In this document: in pieces, positions 13,534 through 25,106 of the stretch
Layout: the number at the start of each line of letters is the position of its first letter
Position numbering within the stretch: position 1 is the stretch's first letter
Source of the DNA: Haliotis rubra
Lineage: Eukaryota
DNA length: 64,000 nt
NCBI RefSeq assembly: GCF_003918875.1
Contig: NW_025765015.1
Location: forward strand, 310,001-374,000
Reading direction: 5' to 3'
The notes under the pieces: generated by a model
Database searches by the model: none
Seen by the model: the letters and a program-made list of their open reading frames with translations, nothing else
What the model was told of the DNA's origin: nothing
Program-made: the position numbers and the translations under genes

Positions 13534-15600
13534 TATTATAGGCATGAGATTATGGTCTTTATTACAATAAGAGATATATTACTAATATTACGATGACAGA
13601 TTAGGGGGTAGAAGATATACTAGGAGAGTTTTAATAAAATATCTTAAATATTTTATTAAAACTCTCACAATTTGTATCTTCTGCCCCTTTAATCCCCTGT
13701 CATTAATAATCTTGTTTTAATAAAATATCTTAAATATTTTATTAAAACTCTCACAATTTGTATCTTCTGCCCCCTTAATCCCCTGTCATTAATAATGTTA
13801 ATTGTATATCTAATTGTGTCGCCTCTCACTCGTTTTGAAATGCCTGTTTTCATATGTTTATAACATTGGGGATCCGCGGAATTCAAATATTAAACGATCA
13901 GGCGGAATTATTAAACGTTCAGGAAAAAAATTAAGGAGAGGCGTCTTTTCTTGGCAGCCAGCCATTCTTTTTACGCCCAGCCCCCCTGATTTGTCTGACA
14001 GAATAAGGAGGGCCCTAATTGTAGCCGCGAGACCGTCACGCCTAGCCGCGAGAGACCCGTCCCACCCAGAAAATATAGATCAGGCTTTGGATATCGGGGC
14101 GGCGGTACTCCTGATGTATGGCCTGTACTTTGGTTTTCCCCTCCTCGTGGGTCTAGGCGTTAAAGCGGCGTTTAGGGACAGGACGTGACCATTTTATTCC
14201 AATTGACTCAACTCCATACTGACATGGGTACGGAACTGCGAGGTTACGCGGAAATCCTTTGGCAACTGCTACCTATTCCGAGAACAAGGGTTTGGGAATT
14301 CCTCTCTAATCCACCATCGGATGAAGTGGTCACAGGGGTCAGTCGAGCGGCGTCCCGCTTCCATGACAATAGGATGGGATTTTCCTTCAATAAGGAGGCA
14401 CTGAGGTTTTGCGCCCTTTGTACCAGGAAATATTCCCGATCCGAGATACCCGCAGGAAATTTCTGCCGCCAACATTCTGCAAATGGTGTCGACGTGTTCA
14501 ACACACAGGGTGTGCGGCCACACTGCTGAAAGTAGCAGGTTCTGATTTCCGCCAGGTGACACGAAATGACATGGCACCAGGGGAGCAAACATGCATATGC
14601 CTGGGTATACCCCAAGGCGACGGAATGGACGGGTTGGAGGCCTTTTTGGCTGGGGGTTCCCCACCCCACGTCTCCATGTTGGTTGAATGTCAAACAGTGC
14701 CCGGATTGCAAGGTTCCCTATGAGAGCCCGTTCATCGGAGTGTCGGACGGCATGTCGTCCACCCTCCGCAAGCATCCGGCGTTGTTCCCACCCAGCAGCT
14801 TTTTAGACCGATATGACGTCATGACGTTAACAAATTACTACCGCCCGAGAAGAGTTAAAGTAGTCCCGGAGGAATCAATGGTCTGTTTTTATTTAGATAC
14901 AGAGTCAGCATTGCCTGACCTTCCTGAAGGCCTCGTCTACAGTATTAAGAGACGGATGGCCCCTTACCCGGTAGAACAACTGGTCATGAAATTAAAGTTG
15001 TTCTACCCCCCTCAAAGCCGGGGCCACTGGGATAATTGTACCTGGAGGTCCTCGGAGATAGATCCTGAGTGGAAACTTTGACACCCAGGGGCCAGTCAAT
15101 CGGGGATGCTGGGTCAACAAACAAACAAACAAACAAAAAACCCTACCCCACCGCGTCGTCAAGGGAAGCCAAAAATATATCTCTATAATATTATTATTGA
15201 CATATTAGCCATCTTACATGTATTCCGTCCGGTTCCTTTATATCGTTTTTGTTAAATATAGAAGAGTTGTATTTAAACCATATTGATAATAATAATTTTT
15301 GCTCGATGTTGTAACTTATATCTGTATTTGTATGGTTGCGGTTAATCAACCCCATGGTCACAACAAGAACAAGGAAAAATACGAAATTAAAAGGTATCAA
15401 AAACAAGTAGCTTGGGTCTCGACGTCATTAGTCCTATAGGAGTGTGGGGACACACTCTTCGTTGGAAGGGGGGTCGTATTATAGGCATGAGATTATGGTC
15501 TTTATTACAATAAGAGATATACAATTAACATTATTAATGACAGGGGATTAAGGGGGCAGAAGATACAAATTGTGAGAGTTTTAATAAAATATTTAAGATA
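13534..15600. mobile_element. Hairpin-bounded (flip/flop) intronless insertion; virus or plasmid-like endogenous element
   Basis: 45-bp direct repeat (13534-13578 = 15477-15521); imperfect palindrome with a perfect 19-bp stem 13624-13642/13648-13666; partial duplication 13714-13811; 86-bp inverted copy 15515-15600; GC-richer, ORF-dense interior. Confidence 0.7.
14224..15081 (+). pseudogene. Frameshifted intronless ORF with C4HC3 (PHD/RING-variant) zinc-finger pattern
   Basis: CALC (14410-14421) and CPDC (14698-14709) lie in one frame (ORFs 14185-14529 and 14566-15081 share it); QEIF..CKWC-RRVQ-H-TG-C (14424-14513) lies in another. Confidence 0.5.
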
Positions 15601-16424
15601 TGAAGTGATTGGTAACGTTGTAAGGTGGGAGGTAAGGTAGAAAGTCAGTAACGTAGGTAATGAACATGAAAGTAGGTCGCTGGAGCTGGTGAGTGCAGGG
15701 TGAAGTGACTCATAGCTTAGATAGAGGAAAAACTACTATACTATCAAGATGGAGCGACGTGGCCGGGGACCTGGCCGGGGACCTGGCCACCAGTTCCTGG
15801 TACTCTACGAGCCATATATGGTTAGGGGAGAGAGACCCTGAGATTCCTGGAATCCACCTCACGGTCGTACAAATATGGTAGTGGGGGTACGAAATAGAGG
15901 TGGGGGAGAGTAATAGATAGTCAAATTATGGGTTATTGACCAATAGAAAAAATGAAAAGGGTGTTGGCTGTGACGTAGGAACCCAGGTTTAAGCGGGAGC
16001 AAAGCTCAGAAACGGGAGTCTGGTGCGGGCCTGCTCTTGCTGTTGGTCACTAGGAACCGTCTGAGAAATTATCTTGAAGCACCAGCATTTTGGCTTAAGA
16101 CTGAAGCTTTGCGGCTGAAGTCTTATAGAGTGACCATAGAGTAGGTTGACCAGCAACACAGTGTCAATAAAAACTATTGAACGAAGATCATCGTCTTGTG
16201 TTTGCTGGATGGACTACGGTAAAGTTCCAAGGGCCCCCGGGTACTGACACTGTACCTCTCGCACATCCCTTATCGTCAGGACCGAAGTACGGGGGTATAC
16301 CGTAGTCCAGGTAACGACACACCATCCCAGGTGCGGGATACCGACAGGTAAAATACCATCTACCTGCCAGGTAAAGGTGCTAGTCGGAACGCCTTGGACT
16401 CCAAGAATATACAAACATGTCTAC
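15601..16424 (+). mobile_element. Solo-LTR-like segment
   Basis: Begins TG, G-rich U3-like region, TTTAAG ~15988, AATAAA ~16166, possible CA end ~16424; no TSD confirmed. Confidence 0.4.
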
Positions 16425-16466
16425 ATTCCCCGATAAAACCCATACCCCGCCAAAGCGCCTACGATA

Positions 16467-16601
16467 CAAGGTGTTGGTCAAGGCTGTGTTTTGTCAGCTT
16501 GGTTATTTTCATTGTATATTAATGACCTATTATACGCACTGCAAAGATTACAACACGGTGTAAGTATTCCATGGGGTAATGTGCCAGGTATCTTATTAGC
16601 A
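16467..16601 (+). pseudogene. Non-LTR reverse transcriptase fragment
   Basis: Translates QGVGQGCVLSAWLFSLYINDLL..GILLA (RT motif, broken before the DD). Confidence 0.7.
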
Positions 16602-17789
16602 TCTTAATCATAATGCCGACAAAAGTGTATTCTTAACATACATGCCCACCATTTTACATTGGGTAGAAAATTGTAACACTTAAAGATCTTGTCGTGTATG
16701 CTGGCTTGTGCATAACCACTGCATCTTCAACTGTAGTGCGTACTCATGTGATAAACTTAGAATGTTAGTCGCTGCAATGGTTTGTTCTTTGACGGTCTAA
16801 ACTTCATGCATGTCTGCCTGTGGAGTCTGGAACAGATTTATGTCACCATGTGCTCTGTTTGCTTGTGAACTATGGTGTAAACTAACATCTAAATAGTATG
16901 AACTACATAAAAAGAGCACAATCTTTCTTCTGTAAACACATCCAGGGGCTCTCTAAATTTTCTTCGACAGTTGTCGCACGAGACTGTTTAAATTTACTAT
17001 CAGTCCAAGCATACATAGAAAAATCGTTGTCTTGAGTTCCTTGGCAAATTATGTAGAAGTAATTTAAATTTTGTACTCAAGAATGTCTTAGACTATAAAC
17101 TTAATCAATTCTTATTCATGTTATGACAGAGAAGTACAAAATAACCTATCTACCATATGATACTATTAACATATAAATACGACCTTACAGATGTATACTT
17201 GTGTCTGCCAGCTTTCCTTGTAAAGCACAATGCAATGTCCATGTTACGAAAACAATTCATGATGCCAAAATGTTAACGTCAACATAGATAATAGTCAGTG
17301 CGAGACCAGAATATACATAGACTATGGCAAATGTCGATTCTACGACCTGATCTATTTCACTGTATTGCAAACTTGGTGCAAATTAGTACTCTGCGTATCC
17401 AATCAAAAGAGTGTATATGTGGCACATTTGCCTACGATATTGTCAAGCATGTTTTTATGTACTGCGAGTTGACATGACGTCAGAAGGATCTTCTTATCCA
17501 ATCAATTATTGACATAGTAGATGTAAATACGTTTTCTAGCCTTTGGAACAATGATGAAGAATTGACTCTATGTTTCTTACTCGGAGGACCTTTATATCCC
17601 TTGATGATAATGTATGGCTTGAATGTATGGCCAATGTATACGCAACTGTTAACAACTGGAAACACTTCTTGGTAAATTGTTTGTAGCTATCTGTATTCCC
17701 CTGTTTCTGATCTGCATGTAAATATATCATATCACTTGGTATCTTCATTCCCTGGAGAAAATAAGAATATCTATCTATCTATCATCTCC

Positions 17790-18450
17790 CGTACGTGGGT
17801 GGTCTGGGCTCATTGTTGTTTATGCATTCTATGGATGTTGTGATGTTTGAAGTGATTATTGACAAAATGTGGACACTACTTCTCTGAGAGACAACATTTC
17901 TTCTCAACCGCCTTGCAAACCGGACAGCAAAGCGTGTCAGCATGTTGTTCCAAATGTACTGTCCCGGGAACATTCCTGGCACAGCATGGAGTATGCGCCA
18001 GTCATAGTTATGCACCTAACACCATATCCGACCACCGCGAAATTTGTCTCAGGTCTCAGGCTGACAATAGTTGATGTTATTCACGACCACGCCTATCAAG
18101 GAAGTGCAAACTGAATCGGGGCTCATATGGGGACATGAGTCGTGACCACTGAAGATGACGCCAGTGATGTCTGTGAACACAATGACGATTTGTAAGGGCG
18201 TCACAACAGACGCCTATCGAGCATGCAGATGAGCTGCATGTAGGCGATTTCTCATCATCTGCCTCGTAACTTGTACTCCATCAACCTTATGGCACTTTGA
18301 ATCTCGATTTCGTCAAACCTGGATTCGGATAATCGATCCTGTGCTCTGTCGTTGTTCTTGAAATCTAAATTCAATTGACTCAAAACTGTATGATAAGTGG
18401 AATCCATAAACTGACAGAAATTGTGGCCTACAGAGTTCAACCGGTCTTCC
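17790..18450 (-). mobile_element. Old Tc1 transposase relic
   Basis: Broken motifs QDRL, MRNRLHAAHLHAR, degenerate DESRF and GGxxMVWG-like segments in order. Confidence 0.55.
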
Positions 18451-21014
18451 TGAAAGTGTAAAAAAAATGATACCTTACCGTGTATCTTGGGTATCAAACT
18501 TGGGGATGTGTTTTTGTATTATAGACATGTGTTCTTGTATATGATGTTTATTGTCAACATGTCGTAATACTTGGTATTTATAGTCCCAGTACAACATATC
18601 ACCAGTCGTGTCGGTGACTAGGAAAGTATTGAAGGACCAGGACATGTTTTGTATGTGGTCTCAAGTAACATCCAGCGACTATGAATGTAGCCCAGTCATA
18701 TTCAATTTAATCAGAGCGTATCTCACAGTGTAAACAAAACATGTACCTGAGGTAAGGAGATACTTCCCTGCCTCATGTGTGGGAGTATTGCCCACTCAAC
18801 GTATAGTCATGCCGATCCACATCAGCTAATATGAGCTGAATTTCAGGATGTATACATATGTGGATATTGTTCAAGGAACGTGCAGAAAATCTATTCCTGT
18901 CCACTAAGTTGAGGTGAGTTCAACATACGAGAATTCTGTAACCATCGTTCATTTCTTACAGCTGTAGAGGAAAGGTTATTAGTGTAACTCCTATCCGCTG
19001 ATTGTACACTTGGGCAGATGTACTACTTTCAGTCTGCGTATATGAGACTTGTTAAGAACACCACACGGTTGGATCATGATCATGTTTTGCCAGTAAAAGC
19101 TGATACTTCTACAGATAATGAAAGAATATATAAAACGTTATTAGAATACCCTATCGTACATCCTGCATGGGTTACAACCTTAAGGAGTCATAGCTGGATT
19201 ACCAGGGCGATGAATTAGTGAGGTTCTCTTGAAATTACTACGACGTAACTAGTTTAGACCATTGTGATGACGTCATTCTATTGATTCTGAATCAGAAATT
19301 CACTAGCCTCCCTAGTTCCAAAATCAGCAGATTCTCATGATTTCCCAGTGCGTCCCACGTTGTTATTGTAGTGTTCACATAGACGAGTAAACAGGACCTA
19401 ACAGAGATGATTGTTCCTGAAACAGAACAGGATCATAAAGAAGGAAGATACTTGTAACGTCAAAATACGTGAATATACGACACCGTGACATGTTATGTCA
19501 TGCTTGAGAGTGAATGAGTGAGTTAGAATTTAAATCACAGCGGCAGTATTTCAGCCATGTGGTGACTAAGAAAGTTGTACATATATAAATGAATAAAAAG
19601 AAAGTTAGCAAATATACTTACCTGTCTGCAAAGAACAGTAAAACAACTAGATTATCATAGAAATACATTTAAAACTAGTAATTAAATCTAAAATACTTTA
19701 ACTATAAATGACAAGACAATATAAAAACAGGCTATAGATCGCCAACAACTGAAGGTAGATCACCATGCTAGGGTTCATGCTTGAGAGCAGACAGGATGGA
19801 GTATTGTGTCGACGGGTTCTCAGAGTCAACTGTTCAGTATTCGATCAGCCATCAAGACTGATATCAGCATACGAAATTTAATTTAACCTTTCAGAATGTC
19901 ACATTGGTCAGTAAGTGTCGTGGATGTGCACCTCTCAAATAAATGTCTGTTCGACTTGACGACGGGCAGAATATGAGACGTCTGAACAAATATTCTGAAA
20001 TGGGATTCAACACTAACTAGTTCGTGCTAACTGTCCCTTGTTATAAGGGAGAGCTGGTCGTACTGTAAGGTCAAGGTCACGATGGTCCCATAAGTATCCT
20101 GTAGTTGATAAATCTGGTGATTGTGCTGGCTAAGTTAAGATGTTTAGTTATTGTTCAGGATAAAATATCTCAGAGGACAACTTGTGTCGGGCATGTGTCG
20201 TTATTGCGATCCGGAGGTTGTACAACTGGCTGGGGACCTTTTCAATTCATCCATTAACATCTTACAAAATCAACAGGTCTGCAAGTCAAGGCAGATCAGT
20301 CCCCAAACGGGGAGACATGACCCCTTCCATCTGCTCTGAAAAACCTGGTCTCAGCCCTCGTCTGTCAACATTAATCTTTGTCGGTTTCTTTTCTGACAGT
20401 GATGAAGTTTCCGAGCCCTCTTATGTCGGTGTTCCGGTTCCAGTGTAAACTAATGTGTCTGTAAGAGGTCATATTGAAATACAATGTTCTGGACACTCTC
20501 CAGGAACTGACTGACAGGATGCCAAAATGGGAGGCGCCCCTAATGACGTCACCGTGAAATCTGCTTCCCCAGGATACGTAAGGAGCGGCATTCCTGGAGG
20601 AAAGATGAAACAGGAGGTCTGATACTCTTTGGCCTGTCTCATGTCCGCCAATAATGGGCCAGCATGTTGCTTATCACTGCCTAACTGGTTTTGTGTTAAT
20701 GATAATAATGAAATTTTTCGTATGTGTTGGCGATTCATTCCAAACTTTCCTTAAATTAGGACTTCGTTTGCTCAGTTTATCGGATTATATATGAAAAACT
20801 GATCTACAAGTTCTGGCTCTCCCTAACACACTTTTTATAAAAGTAAAGCAATAAATAGGCTGTCTTTTTTCTTACGAATCACCTGTCAGTACCACTGAAG
20901 TTACTCTCCTCTGCAATCGACAAAATACGGACGCGTAAGCAAACACGTTATGCATGTCCGTTCTCAGCCTGTTGGTAAAAGGCTATATTGTTCTTACTCG
21001 CTTACAAGTGAATG

Positions 21015-21172
21015 AGTGAGTGAGTATGGTTTTACGCCGCATTTAGCAATAGTCCAGCAATATCCTGGGGACACCAGGAATAGGCTTCACACATCGTACC
21101 TATGTAGCGCATCGAACATGGGTCTTCGGCGTGACAAACGAACGCTTTAACCTTTACACTACCCTGCCGCCC
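21015..21172 (-). mobile_element. SINE family S1
   Basis: Reverse-complement homolog of 10548-10714. Confidence 0.75.
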
Positions 21173-21204
21173 CTATTTACCTACAAAAGTATGTTTCATT
21201 CATT

Positions 21205-21557
21205 GTTGGTTTGTTTGTTGTTTAACGCCGCACTCAGCAATATTCCAGCCATTTGGCGGCGGTCTGTAAATAATCGAGTCTGGACCAGACCACCCGATCC
21301 CGTATTTGCCGTTCACAACAGACCCGTGAAGGTCCGGGTTAGAATTGATCTTCAGTAACCCATGCTTGTCGTAAGAGGCGACTAACGGGTGGTCAGGCTC
21401 GCTGACTTGGTTGACACATGTCATCGTGTCCCAATTGCGTAGATCGTTGTTCATGCTGTTGATCCCTGTATTGTCTGGTCCAGACTCGATTATTTTACAG
21501 CCACATAACTGGAATATTGCCGAATGTGGCGTAAAACTAATCTCACTCACTCACTCA
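21205..21557. mobile_element. Two S3 copies (partial minus, full plus) just upstream of the paralog B ATG exon
   Basis: 21205-21290 (-) and 21322-21557 (+). Confidence 0.75.
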
Positions 21558-21665
21558 CCTTTTACGACAAACGTGGTTTGGTGAAGTCAAACTCTAACCC
21601 GGATCTTCACGGGTTCGTTTCATTGATACATTGCGTGTTATCATTACAGATTTCCAGTGCAACAA

Positions 21666-24600
21666 ATGGAGGGAGTGTTCGTATTTTTAGGTATGGAAGT
21701 ATGCAACGGTTTATACAACATAGTGATGGTTTACTTAGTTTTATCGTCACGATATGACTGAAATATTGCCGATGTGACGTTAAATATGAACTCACTCACT
21801 CACTTAGTTTTATGTTACGTAGCATTTCAAACAGGCTTAAGCTTTACTGAAATTTTCAGTTTGTGTACGTTTCAAAACGAAATTCCGTTAGAGATCGGAA
21901 CATTGACAGTGACTTGAAAATGCTTGGATGTTATTAATGAGAGATGGATATATTGTAGTTACCACTGTATTACGTTTGGTTATTAAGTACTGTCTGTGTT
22001 ATTTTGTTAACTGACTGAACGTAATGATCAAACCTTCAATTCAAATTTTTAGTGATTTGACAATGAAATGCTTTTTATTGACTGTACTTTGTATTCAGCA
22101 TATATTATATATTGTATTTAGTATCTCTCATTTGGATCTGTGATGCATCAAACAGTCAAGATGACGCCTCGCAATTTCTGACAACACCGTAAGTATCACA
22201 CAATAGTTGGAATGAAAGCAGTATCAGATACATATCCTGTAGAAAAATGAACAAAGGCGTTGTATTTCAGCCCCAAAGATTCTGTTGTCTCGGCATGTTA
22301 CACATTGAGCTGTCATGTACTAGTATAGTAAGAAATGAATGGTTTGGCAACACTATCTAACACTAAATAATTGTAGCTTTCCGTCAAACATTACGTCAAT
22401 ACGTGACTTTTCGCTTATGAATATGTGTGGTTCGTTTCTTCTATTTTCAGTGTAATATTATGGCAAGTGGTCGAACTTGACATAACTTTGAAAAAAATAA
22501 ATTTCTCATGTTGTTATTCCGGTATGATCTATAAATGTGTTAATGTGACTTTTCAGACAATGCAAGCAATGTGTGTGTTCAGTTTGTGCCAGCGTTGTGT
22601 CCCAAGGTAGTTTTATTATTTATCAAAGATGAATAGTTGGAATCTGATCATTTGACCCAGGAAGAAGAAGGTAGCACAAGCTACCTACAACTTAACTCAA
22701 AACATAACGCATCTTAATTAATGAGGATTACTTCATAAAATCCACTTGGAGTTTAAGTTTGTCTTATATAGGCTTTGCTCTTCCATTTTCATCTCAGGCG
22801 GTGTCCTTCACAGAGGAAGAAACATTGTAAACACATATCTCAGGTGACGGTACGTCTTGTTATGGGTGGATAGAATGTCGTTGTCGTAGAAACTGTCGAA
22901 CTGCAATCAGAGAATGTTTGGCAAACAAGTGTCGAGATTGGTACGCCGTGCATTTGCCATGATGTTTGTTTATCCTAGCTTATATATATGTGTGAACACA
23001 TCTCACACATAAATTGGTGATCCAGTAGGTGAACACACGTCACACATAAACTGGTGATCCAGTAGGTGAACACATCTCACACATAAATTGTTGATCCAGT
23101 AGGTGAACACATCTCACACATAAATTGGTGATCCAGTAGGTGAACACATCTCACACATAATTTGTTGATCTAGCAGATGAACACATCTCACACATAAATT
23201 GGTGATCCAGTAGGTGAACACATCTCACACATAAATTGGTGATCCAGTAGGTGAACACACCTCCTACATAAATTGGTGATCAACTAGGTGAACATATCTC
23301 ACACATAAATTGGTGATCCAGTAGATGAATACACCTCACACATAAATTGGTGATCCAGTAGGTGAACACACCTCACACATAAACTGAAGATCCAGTAGGT
23401 GAACACTTCTCACACATAAATTGGTGATCCAGTAGGTGAACACACCTCACACATAAATTGGTGATCCAGTAGGTGAACACACCTCACACATAAACTGAAG
23501 ATCCAGTAGGTGAACACTTCTCACACATAAATTGGTGATCCAGTAGGTGAACACACCTCACACATAAATTGGTGATCCAGTAGGTGAACACATCTCACAC
23601 ACGTTTCACCTGTGAGTACTTCAGATTTATTAGACAAGTAATGTGAAGTAGGGTTTAGACGTGAAGTACATATCCTCTCTTACTTATTGGACCTGACCTA
23701 AAATCTACAGACACAAAGTTTCAAAACATTTGGAAAATGTATGGCTGTTCATATCACAAACAATGCATGACGGGCATATTGCATTATGTTTGACAGGCGT
23801 TTCTTAGATGAAACCAACCAGGCTCTATTTTAACACCTTCTCTGTTACACTGTAATATCAGCAAATCGGTAAGATATTTATACCATTATCTAGCAGACTT
23901 TGTGTAGAAACATCGCTATTACAATAAAGAAACTGTTATGCGTTTGTCTAATTTGACTGCAGTTAATTCATTGCAAACACATTTCTTTACACAGACGCCA
24001 AGAGAGTCCTGGTAAACAGCAGACAGACACTCATGCATACCTAGGACCAGTACGTCAAGATTTAATATCATTATTAGATATTCTCAAGCGAATTGCATTT
24101 GATTGTGTAACGTTTAATCTTAACGTTCTTCCCATAGACCATCTGGTTTAATTCTGGTTTCATTACAGCTTTACTTGTAAACTACTCTTCTTTTCTGTAA
24201 TAAAAAATAATAAATCTTATGCAATGGGTTTTACTTTGCAATTTCAGAAATCTCCATATAACTACTGAATGGTTACTTGGCTTATATCTCTATCCTTAGG
24301 GTCATACCAGCGACTCATCAGACAAGAACAAAGGAACAAATGAAAAGACTTCTTCAGTTCCCGACCTGGTTAAAACGTCCGTAGAACCTGCTGCTGGTGA
24401 GTACGCGATCATCTCAGAGCCTGCAGACGTAGGAGACTACACGGAAATTACAGAAGACATCTCTGGGGCAGCGGCAGGGGTCTCCATGACAACAGCAAGT
24501 CATGGGATGACCACACTGGATGGACGTAAACCAGAAGACGCTGCAGACAACCTTGCTGGTCAATACAACAAACTGGGGGAGTCTATAAATCTGACCATAA

Positions 24601-25106
24601 CCGATGTTCAGGCCACCTACAACAGGTTGAGGGACAATAACTTGGCCAGTGCCCATCTCCGGCAAACTGGTAATGGATCATCAGCAGAATATTTCGTCCT
24701 GGAAGAATCTGATGGCAACTACAACAGACTAGGGCAAGCTGCTCCCATCACTACGACTGATGCCACGAGTGGCTATCACAGACTTGGGGACACAGCCGAG
24801 GCTGGAAGTCCTCAAGCCAAGGACACTGAAGCGCCACCACCCGATTACTTCGTCCTAGAGGAACCTGCAGACACGTACAACAAACTTGGAGTTACTGTTG
24901 CTGCAACTGAGATGGCTACAAAGAACACCTATCACCGATTGGAAAACACTGATGTTGATACAGGGAACAGGGATCCAGAACCTTTCGAAACTGTGCTTGA
25001 AAAGTCAGGTGACAGCTACAACAAACTTGGAGAGAAAACGTCTGCTGAAGAAGCACACGGCACGTACAACAAACTTGGAGAGGTCACTTCCGAGATCAGA
25101 ACCTGA
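21666..25106 (+). CDS. Receptor paralog B: signal peptide, Cys microexons and intact Tyr-motif tail; no stalk/TM exon found (possibly truncated or pseudogene)
   Basis: Exons 21666-21690 (MEGVFVFL), 22122-22188 (VSLIWICDAS..), candidate Cys exons 22557-22606 and from 22798, juxtamembrane exon 23995-24049 (RRQESPGKQQTDTHAYLGP), last exon 24300-25106 open for 268 codons with 12 YxxL/I motifs. Confidence 0.6.
22992..23601. repeat. 37-bp minisatellite, ~16.5 copies
   Basis: GTGAACACATCTCACACATAAATTGGTGATCCAGTAG with period 37. Confidence 0.95.
24300..25106 (+). CDS. Terminal cytoplasmic exon of paralog B (ITAM-like motifs)
   Basis: Acceptor TCCTTAG|G at 24299, in frame with ORF 24486-25106; YAII-x8-YTEI, YFVL-x6-YNRL, YFVL-x6-YNKL. 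Confidence 0.8.
   Translation, partial: GHTSDSSDKNKGTNEKTSSVPDLVKTSVEPAAGEYAIISEPADVGDYTEITEDISGAAAGVSMTTASHGMTTLDGRKPEDAADNLAGQYNKLGESINLTITDVQATYNRLRDNNLASAHLRQTGNGSSAEYFVLEESDGNYNRLGQAAPITTTDATSGYHRLGDTAEAGSPQAKDTEAPPPDYFVLEEPADTYNKLGVTVAATEMATKNTYHRLENTDVDTGNRDPEPFETVLEKSGDSYNKLGEKTSAEEAHGTYNKLGEVTSEIRT

Noticed and set aside
20150-20740. Slightly GC-rich stretch with short ORFs
   Set aside because: No recognisable motif or coherent splice chain; cannot be supported as a gene
22992-23601. Possible CRISPR array (37-bp period)
   Set aside because: Units are contiguous with no unique spacers, in eukaryotic intronic context, with no cas genes
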